Shown here piece by piece: positions 18,001 to 26,000 of a stretch of DNA of 64,000 nucleotides. The stretch's first letter is position 1. Every line of letters begins with the position of its first letter. This DNA is from a virus (taxonomy: Duplodnaviria > Caudoviricetes), in IMG/VR virus record IMGVR_UViG_3300013947_000034, positions 1 through 64,000 of that record. One strand, given 5' to 3'. The notes beneath the pieces were generated by a model, which had not been told where the DNA came from, did not search any database, and worked only from the letters and a program-made list of their open reading frames with translations. The translations under genes were made by a program, and so were the position numbers.

Positions 18001-19935
18001 AGAACTATTGATAATATCAGACTGAAGATTACCTAAACCGTTACGAGAATTAAGTTCAACTTTAACAGAAGAATAAGGATAAAGTTTATCAGATAAAGCA
18101 ATAGTTTGATTAATAGTGTCTTGAGAACGATAATCGCTAAAACGAATATTATCTCTTTGTTTAACTAGTTTATCTATTTCTTCATTAATATCATCAATAG
18201 CTTTATATTCGCCAGCTTCATTAAGTGTATCAATCTTAGTTTGAAGTTTCTTGATTTCTTTATTAATATTACTAATAAGTTCACGATTTTCAGTATATTG
18301 AGAAGTAGTAGCATCAGAAGCTTTAGCTATCTTTCTAAGACTATCCGTAAGATAGCGCATATTAGTTGCAACTTCTCCACCATTAGCGAGACGAACATAA
18401 TTGTCAATAGACGCTTTATCTGCACTAGGATAATAATCCTTAATACGAGAAGCAATTCTATCAACAATACTATTATAAATTCTAGCTTGGTCTAAAGCAA
18501 ACTCATCACCAGCAGCGAGTGCTTGAGTATATTCTGTAATACTATCATCTACTTCATTAGCAAGTTTGGTAGTAACGTCAGAATCAGTATTTATATGAGT
18601 AAACTTAGCATCATTAAGGAAACTAAAAGCATGAACTTGTTGAGCATTACTATTCTTATTACTCTTGCTCATAACTGTATTTTCATCAGCAATACGAGTT
18701 TCATATTTATTGATTACAGTTTTGAATTGAGTATAAAGACGAGCAGCATAATCTAAATCAGAAGTAAGGTCTTTATAAAGTTTAATAAGACCTTCCATAC
18801 CAGGAATATTACTAGCTTCTTTTACACTATCAATAAACGTCTCAAGATTAGAAACATCTTTCTTAGCACTAAGAGTACTAATAATATCTTTAACATCAAT
18901 ATAATCTACATTACCAGTAGGATTGTTCTTATCATAATCGTAAACATCTTTCTTTTTACCAGACTTTAAAGTCTTAGTATCAACAGTATTACTAGTAAGT
19001 TTAGGAATCATAGAAAGACTAAGACGAATATCAAGGTCAAAACCTTTCATATAACTAGAACCAAGACCACTATGGTCATTCCAAGTATTATCTTGTCTAT
19101 CACCTACAGTAAGTACATCTTCGTCTTCATTGTTATTATAAGTAGAATCATCTACTGAATCAAAATCTTCAGCATAATCTTCAGCAAGACTAGATTCAGT
19201 TTCATCACTATATTTTAGATTACCAATAATAGGGTCAGCGATAATAACTCTATTAAAGAAATCTTTACCAGTACCATCTTTAAATATATCTTTATAAATA
19301 GCAAAAGTATTTTGAACTTGAACATCACCATTCTTATCAAATGCTTTAGTTATATCAACTATAAGCTCATCTCTCTTATAATAAGTTTCATTATTGTTAA
19401 GTAAAGCATCGGCTATTTTATTAACTTCGCCATTAGTTGCAGTTTTACCAATAACTTTAAGATAATTAGCGGCAACATCCTTAGTTACTCTAACTTTTGT
19501 ACGTTTAATTAAATCACCAAGAATAGCATTTTTATCAACAATTTCGCCACTTCTAATATCACTAACATACATACTACGCATAATATTAGGAATAGCTCTA
19601 GTAATAGCATACACTTTTGCATGACTATCACTATAACCAAAAGCATCTACATCCTTAGCATAATAAGTACCTGTACTTTGAGCATTGACATCAAAATGAA
19701 TACTATTATAATATCGAATAGCAGTTTTAGCGATAACTCCTCTTTCAGAATTATCAACACTAGGAACATTATCAGTCTTATTTACTTTCTGATAATACTT
19801 AACAAACTCATCAGTAAAACCTCCAGTTTCAGGATTACTAATAAGACTAACTAACGCTACAAAACGAGCATTATTTGCTCCAACCTTACGTTTAATGCTT
19901 GTGCCAGCACTTGTTGTTTTAAAATTACAACCCAT
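6100..19935 (-). CDS. giant virion-encapsidated RNA polymerase of crAss-like phages, 4611 aa
   Basis: Catalytic GSDFDID motif preceded by GYRIPTEGKQS; also PKTF and TEETSKAG segments. Size and position match the crAss-like virion RNAP locus. Confidence 0.92.
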   Translation of the reverse strand: MGCNFKTTSAGTSIKRKVGANNARFVALVSLISNPETGGFTDEFVKYYQKVNKTDNVPSVDNSERGVIAKTAIRYYNSIHFDVNAQSTGTYYAKDVDAFGYSDSHAKVYAITRAIPNIMRSMYVSDIRSGEIVDKNAILGDLIKRTKVRVTKDVAANYLKVIGKTATNGEVNKIADALLNNNETYYKRDELIVDITKAFDKNGDVQVQNTFAIYKDIFKDGTGKDFFNRVIIADPIIGNLKYSDETESSLAEDYAEDFDSVDDSTYNNNEDEDVLTVGDRQDNTWNDHSGLGSSYMKGFDLDIRLSLSMIPKLTSNTVDTKTLKSGKKKDVYDYDKNNPTGNVDYIDVKDIISTLSAKKDVSNLETFIDSVKEASNIPGMEGLIKLYKDLTSDLDYAARLYTQFKTVINKYETRIADENTVMSKSNKNSNAQQVHAFSFLNDAKFTHINTDSDVTTKLANEVDDSITEYTQALAAGDEFALDQARIYNSIVDRIASRIKDYYPSADKASIDNYVRLANGGEVATNMRYLTDSLRKIAKASDATTSQYTENRELISNINKEIKKLQTKIDTLNEAGEYKAIDDINEEIDKLVKQRDNIRFSDYRSQDTINQTIALSDKLYPYSSVKVELNSRNGLGNLQSDIINSSMITYLLKVLNSPKTTTDELGNNAPESLVNFAKFKFKNNQYNLSNILIETKENGKVVNYGLFYYDADKQKYGVTNYASGLLNVALFNGAVKTDEGAGITYSQMSKGDYVYTAFTNYFNSDKNIDADRVTNSIPLANYFMRTPSDAPKTFVVRAPRYAVTKSNPIRTVTNVVDVDNYIKNYVAEHLESMSESAFNQANPRARFIQLEDNRTDRAQIVRDLSSNNITRSVYENEIIRNDGKTATIGYQFTDEEGNVNKYIITGSIRPVKGMNKFVIENGKATILDNNEMRDNLRPMVYDKYRKQAYRQGRIGDIQVNYEVNREHPVYKQFRKIFNQELTNMAEAINMIFLTGDDGVIQREADGKPKFNPDNAFGIDEESARRLYANYHTKKDYHTKKDKYLDSNHGLVGNMFHSDKFTITDYQTGKVRNYGQELLDDCFDSLYNGSKGGFIHFGYENGKIKLNHTQEQAEAIDNKIAEFISDYIDSSANRMDEFKNLDVAGLINDDNVADFALNYRLAYNYFDDLFEGDDKFYKSSQDFLKRAKESQASGTPYSTFNIYQDENMMLTDLEKMSYLNSQAIQDKLNGLGLHVTQRPGFVGITIKNTVRTSKEASQNGPIVHELARVYMKHDPELTEAEAIAKANKHMDGYQGTTVNDAQSYITFEEWIRRVAGRGQLNKYMPLIERIMDRSKPLRVDDIKTFVQVQKNFYYDMTYNDKINTYAPRQIKNAELVLVPRFIEGTDLEKVYNLMKDNGIDQLNTEETSKAGKAGVLTLFDEKTGEVTDAHIQDFKNHVEDYKETYSYNFLYTQQETPQHMNAENKAAIQIMKKIVDNIPDNGSIGEVKKEFFRLYVANIKDSFNSLVKELNIPTNEDGSIKLDANGNIEGLDMKLFFNKLRKECLRQGLDSNILEFFTLNEDSPYTELGRANTIMPTYMTNMMSKAQNVCQSMFNNAITRQKLPGFHAAQVTNVGFNSKKYTKENPFNLDGINKTKFDVEVYDREKTPGYKSKALRIYIKGKKKGWFELVKDKENNNYSVHFKTTTEKIGTVEQDGKTVNPSTKEERNELYTALRNAIPNGANVSTWGSISDGGVYALNKLGKSWKKVGERTIKHKKDNKDIVIPIYQKNRLSISKTLRYHPDGKRYIEIMLPKSNFNFAKNEDGTYKEADEIRDENGNLVGGLLYQLQRAGLDTIIGYRIPTEGKQSVCAMKVVGFTDDAQGSTIVVPDDWVAQTGSDFDIDSVYGIQHNTYIDKDGDIQKVAYKESFGKEYDDYVRQALNLDETVPSNALGNLAEENNLLSREEFSKANGVEEKNSRQARNNRILDDMLRILQSDEAFEENTGQSQFEDIIAARDNIMNNVVKSVRNGRSCYDFVDQAEYQEDVMSGAKLKAFSVTRDTFVSICNKVQPTIDKKYAISARYKATPKQAKILAKRFGEDNVEYKDGYVTINHTMIGWSHDNHNVDDAILTAYSSETTAHILDAVKKGAVPNVNEFTFAVYKTFPDIGSNYTTGVAFMMHPAITRIVNAYNKGKSVYSEGSSQPIVDALKEIAEELGIDSSSLYSGKMTVEAINEKLGTNYSFIKNNNIVLDQEELANDVKNAANVSLVREFEILMAYNDINRLANIIQKIVRVCNPDKFGAKQTIFATNEVFETVKDILNSNDAKALNKDGIPFLESIYPGLIKDGKIDKDNYVKDNHESTYPSLNAFLKYASVTSTVVNSMLFETQNPAFVNSIKSLSKMLPTPRRLTEKEYNDYEKYVIGAAYNNADGIRLGYTINSSTGRLESTGTTDLQERLRIYGFSGSPLFHFDVEDITEPTQDEINAWGKLTPAQKVAWLQSKSEDAGIFDKLKVDLQDNYRVGNKDCAAQSIRFNDDNVDTETAYNLFETATKSQNPLVKLAAIDLIKYAFVVEGFKMRRNGVNKIIKNSTLRDDTLFANQDGEATSLLSQIDANFKHITYDDYRDDYLRSHSDNGMVPKRTVKKKRVGKVWVNELSAPDGVITLNVPSRREDITQSDINSEFADTNTVAEETESLPVEDIVDNKPSVAQDETTAPDDTKLAVKYGIYNVWTDRVNPYVKLTFKNRGVNTTNLYKTVRHGDVIFAYPVSMLEENEHGIVSVNQANNTPYSEMYYRTIIDNQLQGNQLTKEEKDELRKEYANERAIAAKGKVYTGFDINKDRTIGDIGGARDAYGKIINLIKNGIKGVQVINNSYLYNRIGKAFGNFQTIHDVINDNEVTKKFAFAKETKVVFDSEGKVIPYPVRVVEIVPSTNDKESTSVEYNFDMFTDINRRANEGDVNAYREVQFMNNNGFENVSTDYTNMSPKLYEAIDRFTSATAKKLIADADQFYRKEDGTYASIFAPETIEMIRNNPSEQRRFQKLLLDTDSLINKYGTIFDVVVDKDENPEVIDFINHIKKTIGDLRNKLNLSALNERFAREVVAKWSDDPNIQNGLVDILNGYHATTWCDAWIGDLQDTGNSLIQNISKHIVADIRAKDMQAAKEAREFEKAIKALGHIDWDKLVDKNGKLIRDYTDKFVEDLDTLRNKVNETRKDVINNPMAYLKAKHEYDAFKIAHLNQQFKDEYYKLMYDNDDYMLKTAPTIFAEYTRLREQIRNINRLRINGVLSEDNETEYRRLRRSIHQLESTINFEDGTEKPIYDDTNPVPGTKGYDEEGKPIIVDQAKYEEASLNSQGAAVKLSQYLKRQRAINEEYNDTHVKDGFEEELDKRLDIIKRAEKRDAFGNKQVSDEVLANDEKYQRAKEWLEQNATWHVDPKVSDEIAVAYGILSKGKVTKNNQMSHKAKLIKTKIANGEKVYDSKGRIRGDIFTEEEQEAIRKDEANRYNTTIYSAGNEQILINNAPEQRQALPTVVQQILTTNSKNGKANVEYLKLVNEVNEILRPYYDTTKKEVNTITDRQQISIEDLHKLADLYEKLRNTKKTIVDDENMPANGASVGGFIRKFMHTEYSKKFDTEYAKAKTIGGEYLKAWEDANMEYDFEYDNKGRIVKDEDGNYVYDKSVRLPNRFLYGTLTLKEEFYTGMKNKKVAKDLRKEAEIKTKALATINEYLETTTTPYYTDAMEAARAKGKEEFDKWFTRNHVWNVYTHKFDPIGIWQKTSIKPNYANGTWAASYNQLDIVPKEEYRNPNYKENTTQAENFKRGIDDEKYANNVTLSDTDKQAKKLIETTLDKIVRDKTSRRIISQGFLPITAKEAEHDLKWFGKQIAEFAGWNANISSVGKNSLHADMSYSTDKTPVLPMIGREFTNKNSEDINKIKAAEPKRDQYTTDEEYNKAVTEHKARLDAAEKNNKAIHQSLVNRDFVSSISQFIKLAGHQNAVQDNKYLFYYGQNMIKATPVLDDNIGFSNLRKDLNRSTEDVTRYAEKPYDERLYGQFTNWGNRLIYDRYKLPNNKLTKGANIAQSLTSAKFMMLNITGGIGNVTVGRSGIFAEHVAKAYFGTASWNKAKLMWYTSSLSFLRGMAREDSTSLADAIVKFMNVVDFDEVLGRPTGSFKASDAINKLRDFMYSPNAMGEHHMQNGAMFAMMFENRLVPVDDYQNKGRLPYQAMTWTQYKNHCHEQAMRELIAGTPLAAQFEKFVNDVKSDPNQLKEYARGRRDLATEFKNLFLNNKQVKEFIAKRNELETKAKEEFEANPTLMEQLDLVDGKLGFKDGSLMEQLSKQSTNGEVNDAYGLLGEFKGKVIAVNKEIHGVYDRLGAAQLEKYWWGSLVMQYHKHIYPGILKHWRRKGYFNEETGDTRVGCAPALMNFLSMPIRQYNERHKLLDDKQLEALEGTQSLFAAYVNFAENIRVNWEALPEYQKAAIRRTAGDVFGALAAIMVAIGTNIAWDDKDKDKMFLPNLMLYSADQLATESMMYNPIFLPNNAKQLWSSPIAMMNMPNDIINSLNLLANAMFDDEFDYNYTTGRYKGENKFKVKLMRQIPIYRAYNNLATLDKSNSYYHYGQNILGFVPTSFDK
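16816..16851. repeat. perfect 18-bp tandem duplication inside the RNAP gene
   Basis: ATCTTTCTTAGTATGATA x2, encoding YHTKKD twice. Confidence 0.95.
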
Positions 19936-19960
19936 AACTTTATGAATTAAATTAGTTATT

Positions 19961-20001
19961 AAAAAATTAAGTTCTAGAGGATTTTAAATTCTCCTCTAGA
20001 A
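19961..20001 (-). terminator. possible terminator hairpin upstream of the RNAP gene
   Basis: TTCTAGAGG (19972-80) / CCTCTAGAA (19993-20001), with a - strand T-rich tail. Confidence 0.45.
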
Positions 20002-20026
20002 CCTTGAAATATATTCTGTGAATAAT

Positions 20027-23000
20027 CTATCGACAAGACATCGAAATTGCAGCAGAGCTAACGAGAGAGGCAAATTTGGCACGTTCCGATATTGGAAGGG
20101 ATTCGATTGCTGAATTGAATGAATTGAAAGCTATTTCTTCACTAGTACTTTTATCTTCACCATATTCATCTTCATCATTAGCATCTTCGTCGCTAACATC
20201 AAAACGTTCATCAGCTTTTCCAGCAGCACCATCAAGTAAATCCTCAGTCGGTTCAACAGTTGTAGTATCTTCTATCCGCCCGGTAGAAGGTGTAGTTGTA
20301 TCTTGACTATCCTCATCTTCTTTTGTTTCTGTCTCAGCAGCTTTAACTTCAGTTTCTTGATTATTCTTAAATACTTCACCAAGAGCTTCCATTTGTTTAG
20401 CACGAAGACTATTAGGACGAATATTAACACCAAACAAGTCACCAATAAACTTGAGTATCTTTTGCCAAATAGTATTACCTTTAACTACTCCACCATCAGC
20501 ATCAACTTGATTAAGATAATTCATCAAATCAACATTTGTAAGAGACTCGACAATAAACTCTTCTAGAGCATCTTGAGGATTCTCACGAGTAGCATAACTT
20601 TCAGCAGTAAATTTATTTACATTATTAAGCCAAGCAGTAATTTGTTCAAGAGCAGCTTTATCTTGAATATGTCTTCTCTGTTTAATATTCTCAATATTAC
20701 CAGCTTGCAAATCAGCAATATCTTGAGCTATAGCATCAGCAAAGTCATCGTATATATCTTTCATACGAGAACGAAGATTAGCTACAGCATTAGGATGAGT
20801 TTTGTCGTTAGCCATATCTTCAATGTAAGCGTGAAGATTTTCATGCATTATAGTTCTAATAGCTCTACCTTTCTCACCAGGTTTTTTACTATTAATCATA
20901 TCTAAGAACTTTTGACCAACAACAACTTTATTACCTTTAGTGTTACTCCAAACAGCATTAGCTTGTTTATGATGTTTTTCCATAAACTCACTGTCAAAGA
21001 TAATATCTTTAGCTAAAAGTTTACGTAAAGGATTATCAGGTTTAATACTATTTAGTTTATCTTTAGAAGCACTATCGAGTAAAAGAGCACTAGCAACTTC
21101 AAAACCTTTATTCTCAGAATTAGACTGAATAATAGCTTTAACTTCATCAGCTTTAGACGTATAAGTAGTTTTATTATCCATACCTTTTACAGGGCGGCTT
21201 TCAGACTTACTAACTACTTCAAAACTAAATCTAGCATTAGCACCTTGTTTATTAGCTGCAACTCTTCTAATATTGCTACCATTTTCTTGAGCCATATTAA
21301 CTCTAAGAAGATTGTTTTGTTGAACAAAATCTTTAAAGCTATCATAAGTAAGATTTATACCATTCTTTCCTTTATATTCAGGAATGGTAATTTTAAACTT
21401 ACCGTCAGTAGTTCTACTAGTAATACCTTGAAGAGGAATGTTATGATTATTATCAGACTTTAGAACAGCAAAGTTAATATTGAAATTAAGACCTTCTATT
21501 CCTTTAATAAGTCTATCAGCTACAGCAGACAAATCGCCATTATAAGAAATATAAGTAGGTTTACCATCAACTTTACTAATAATTTGACCTACACCATCAC
21601 CATTTTTATCTCTATAGAAAAGAAGTTGATTATTCTTATTACCAAAGTTAACTCCAAGAATATTTGCAGTTCTAAATACAGATAGTCCTTTACTGAGGAA
21701 AATAGGATTCTTATTAATATTAAGAAGATTATCAATAAAATCAATAAAGTTATCTCTATTCTCAGTAAAATTCCCATCGTTAATAGAAGCAAGTCTATCT
21801 TTAATTTGAGTAACTATAGCACTTTGAAGTTGCTTAAAGTCTTTACCTGTCTCAACGTGTTGTTGTTTGCCATCTTTTGTATAGTATGTAGCACCTGCCC
21901 AACTTACAGGATAAGCATTGACAATATCTACAGTACCATTGCTACGAGGAACAGTAACATAAGTTCGACCAGCACTAACAAGAAATTTATTGCTTCCAAT
22001 ACCATTAATAAATTCTCCATTAATAGACTTAGCAGCAATTTCAAACTTAGTATCTTTAGCAATAGCTAATTGAATAGGTTGAGACGTTTCAGCATCACTT
22101 TTGAAAGTACCATCATTACTGCGAATAAGTTCACCTTCAAATACATCACTAGCTATAATATCAATATTTGGATTATTATCAAGTTTAGCAGTTTCATTAT
22201 AACTTTCGCGAAGATTATCAAACCATCTATCAATAGAATTAGCAACTACTGCACCAGTAAATTTATTAATATTACCTTCAGTAAGAACTTTATAATTATA
22301 TCTCCAAAGTTTGGCAAGTCCATTAAGAGCAACTTCATATTCAGGACCAGTTTTATCAGAGTTAATCATATTATTAGCAACCATGTCTTGAACAATAGGA
22401 TTACTCTTAAATTCGCTAACTAGTTGTTCAGCATTAAACTTATCAAAAGCAGCTTTATGAATAATTTCATTAAGTTTAGCATGCTCAGGAGTTTTACTTC
22501 TAGCTATATCTTTAAGAACTTGTTTAAGTGCTCCATCCTTAGAACCATCAGTTTTGTCTACATGATAAATAAGACCGTCATTCTTTTGGACATATTCGCC
22601 TCGTTCACCTTCAGAAGGAAGTGATATACTACCAATAAGTTTACCGTTAGATTTAATACCTAAACGATTAGTACCTTTAGCTGTAGTAACTCTTTCGATA
22701 GTAAGTTTATCTCCGTTTTTAAGTTTAACTTGTTCAGCATAATTCTCCTTTAAGTTTTCATCAGTATCAAAATCAGAAAGATTCATATTAACTCTATGAG
22801 TAGTTCCATTAGGAAGAGCAGCATCTCTTTCAGCTTGAGATTTATGGAAGTTATTCAAGAAAACAACAGGATTACTAACATCGTTTGCATCAGTAATATT
22901 AAACTTAGCTTGACCTTCAGGGGTATTAAGATAAGCAGACAAACTATTAAACATAAAGTCAGCCATAGAATAATCATCATAAGCAGACTTAATATAGTCC

Positions 23001-26000
23001 ATAAGGTTCATAAGATTACCATAATACTTACCATTAATTTGAGGAAGTTCAACATCTTTAGCATAAACATCAAGTAAATCACTAACAGCTTGTTTGTAAG
23101 AATCATCAAATACTACAGCCTTACCATCTTTTGTTTTAGCATTACGTTCTTCTTGGTCAAAACTACTGAAATAAACAGAAGCAACAGTACTTTCTTTATT
23201 CAATATTTTACTCATCTTTCTACGAACAAGTTTAAAAGCACTATCTATTACTTGTTTACTTTCAGTTTCACTATAACCTTTAGCAACATAATCATCAAGC
23301 ATAGCTTTAGCTTCAGTGTCCAAATTTAAATCAGGAGTAGTTTTAATTTTAGCAATAACTCCTTGAAGTATTTTCTTATCATCAGAATTACTATAGAAAT
23401 CAGGAACTTTAGCTTCTTCTTTAGGAGTAGTATCTTCTTCTAAATTGGGAGCAACTGGAACAGTAGGAGCAACTGGAACAGTAGGAGCAACTGTAGTAGT
23501 TGTACCTTCTTCTATCCCCCCGGTAGAAGGTATAGTTGTGTTTCCATTAGTTCCTTCTTCTTGATTTCCTTCAACTCCAAGTTTACCTTGACTAACAACT
23601 TCAAACTTACCGTCGTTATCAAGTCTAACTATTGGAAAACTTACAGGATTAACGTTTTGCTCAGTAGCAATATCAGCATTTGCGAATAAATCATCATTAG
23701 CATTAAGTTTAGGACTTAGAGGATGAACTTCATATTCATTATCGACATCGGTTGGAACAAGTTGATAATCATCATCAGTAGTCTCTTTACCAGTAGTCGT
23801 TGTAAACTTATAATTTGTAAAATCTAATTTTCCGATTTTACTCGGTTTTATCGCAGACTGCTGTGTACCAACATTCGATAATTGCGTATTTCCTTGCGCT
23901 GTGACGCTTTCAACTAACGACCCTGATAAATTATTCGTCTGACCAGTTTGAGGGGTTGAGAGCGAAGGATTTAGCGGTTCTACCGTTGGCGATGGTTCAG
24001 GAGAAGCAGGAGTTTCAGTATTAAGTTGTTCAGCTTCTTCTTCTTGAGCTTGAGCAGCAGCAGGTTTAGTCTCTTCAAATAAATCATCTTTAGCAAGCAT
24101 TTCTTGAATTTGTTCACCAAAACGATAATTGAGTTTACCGCTAAGATGAAGACAATCTAGAGCTTCTTTTAAATCTGCTTTATCTTTATCGTTAAGAATT
24201 GATACAAAGTTATCATAATTTTCAAAGTCTTGATTATAATAAGCACCGATTGCGTTAGTGATAGCATTACGATTATCTTTATTACGTTTAGCTATATCCT
24301 TAATAGTATCATAAGTTTGATTTATAACCTTAACTCTAGCATCATCAAGCGTTTGATTTAAGAAACTAAGTTCACTAGCTATATCTTCTCTATTCTTAAC
24401 TTGTTTACTTTTAAGGTAATCTCTATTAACTTCAGCAATAGCTTTATCTACAAGTAAATCAGTAAGATTTTTACCAACAACTCCAGGAATACCAAATTCA
24501 TCTGCATCAGTAAGAATTTGATTAGCTTTTCTACGATTTTCTTCAAATGCTTTATTTTGTTCAGCAATAGTTAGTTCATCAGAATATTTACTAAACTCAC
24601 CAACTATATTATGTTTAGTTGCATAATCATCAAGTCTTTTGAAATACTCGGCACGTTTAGCAATATCTTCATTTCCTTCAGCATCGTTTAAATTTAAAGA
24701 CATAATATCTTTAAGTTCTTTGCTAGCACCTTCGTTAGGTTTAAATTTAAGAACACCATTTTCGTCATGGAAAGCAGTAATTCCAGTACGAATAGCTTCA
24801 CGAAGGTAGTCAGGAGTAAGTTGAGCTTGAACAGCAGCTATATTTTTATTAATATTATCAAGAGCTACAGCACTACTAATATCAGTCTTAGCTTTTTCTT
24901 CAATTTCTCTACGTTGAGCATAAAGTTCAGCAAGATTATTAGCAAGAATTGTTTGAGCTGCAACTCTTTGTAAATCATCAATAGAAGTATCACCTAGTTT
25001 ATCAGCAATTTCTTTAACTTGAAGAGCAGCATTAATATTAGCTTGAGTTAAACCAAGTTTGTCTTCTTGACGAGCAATATCTTGACCATACTTTACATTG
25101 TTTGTAGCAATCATTTGAAGATACTCAATTGGAATAACTTGGTCATCCTTACGATGAGCAGCATAGTTATCAGCAATATTCATAACTCTAGTAAGTTCAT
25201 TATCGTATTGTTGAGTAACTTCATCCATTTTATTAAGTATCTCTTGTTGAGTTTGAGTAGCATCTTCTTTAGTAGTAATACCTTTATTTACTAAAGCATC
25301 ACGTACTTCATTAGATTTCATAAACTCACGAAGATAACCAGCGTTACCGTGATGAGCTGCATTAAGAGTTAAATCAGTAATAAGTTCATCTTGTGCTCTA
25401 GATGCAGCAACTTGTTGAGCTACAGTATTTCCTTTAATATCAGCGTTTTCACTAGGAGCAGCAAAAGGATTAACTCCTTCTTTTATCTTAGCAGCTCTAT
25501 CAAAGAATATATTAAAGTTATTCAACCAAGACTGCATATTATCTCTACGAGCTTTAACTTCACCAGTTTCACTAAGACCAAAAGAACTAGGAGTACTTTC
25601 TCCAGTTTGTTCGTCAGTTTTAGTTTTAGATTTTTCATCTATAGTAGCTTGAACTCTACCAAAAGCAGAACCTAAATGATGAAATACTACACCACCCATT
25701 ACTCCCCAAAAAGCAGAATCAGCAAGTCCTCCGCTACGAAGATACTTTTTCATTCTATCATCCCAAGGAGATTTATCTGCATCTGCTTCATCAAGAAGAA
25801 CATGACCAAGATTAGTACCTTCCATTTGAGCAATATAGTTTACACCTTCTTCAAGACCTTCACTAAGTTCTCCAGCTACAATAAGCTTTTCGTTTTTAAG
25901 TCTATCCCAAACTTTATTACGAGCTTTAGTCCAAGTAGAAACTTTATCAGCAGCAGCTTTAATTTCTTCTTCAGTTTTGCCTATAGCAAGTCTATTGTTA

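Noticed and set aside
20027-20029. Read-through of the TAG ending the 2364-aa gene
   Set aside because: It would add only about 19 residues across a hairpin before a TAA, and there is no suppressor tRNA in the window.
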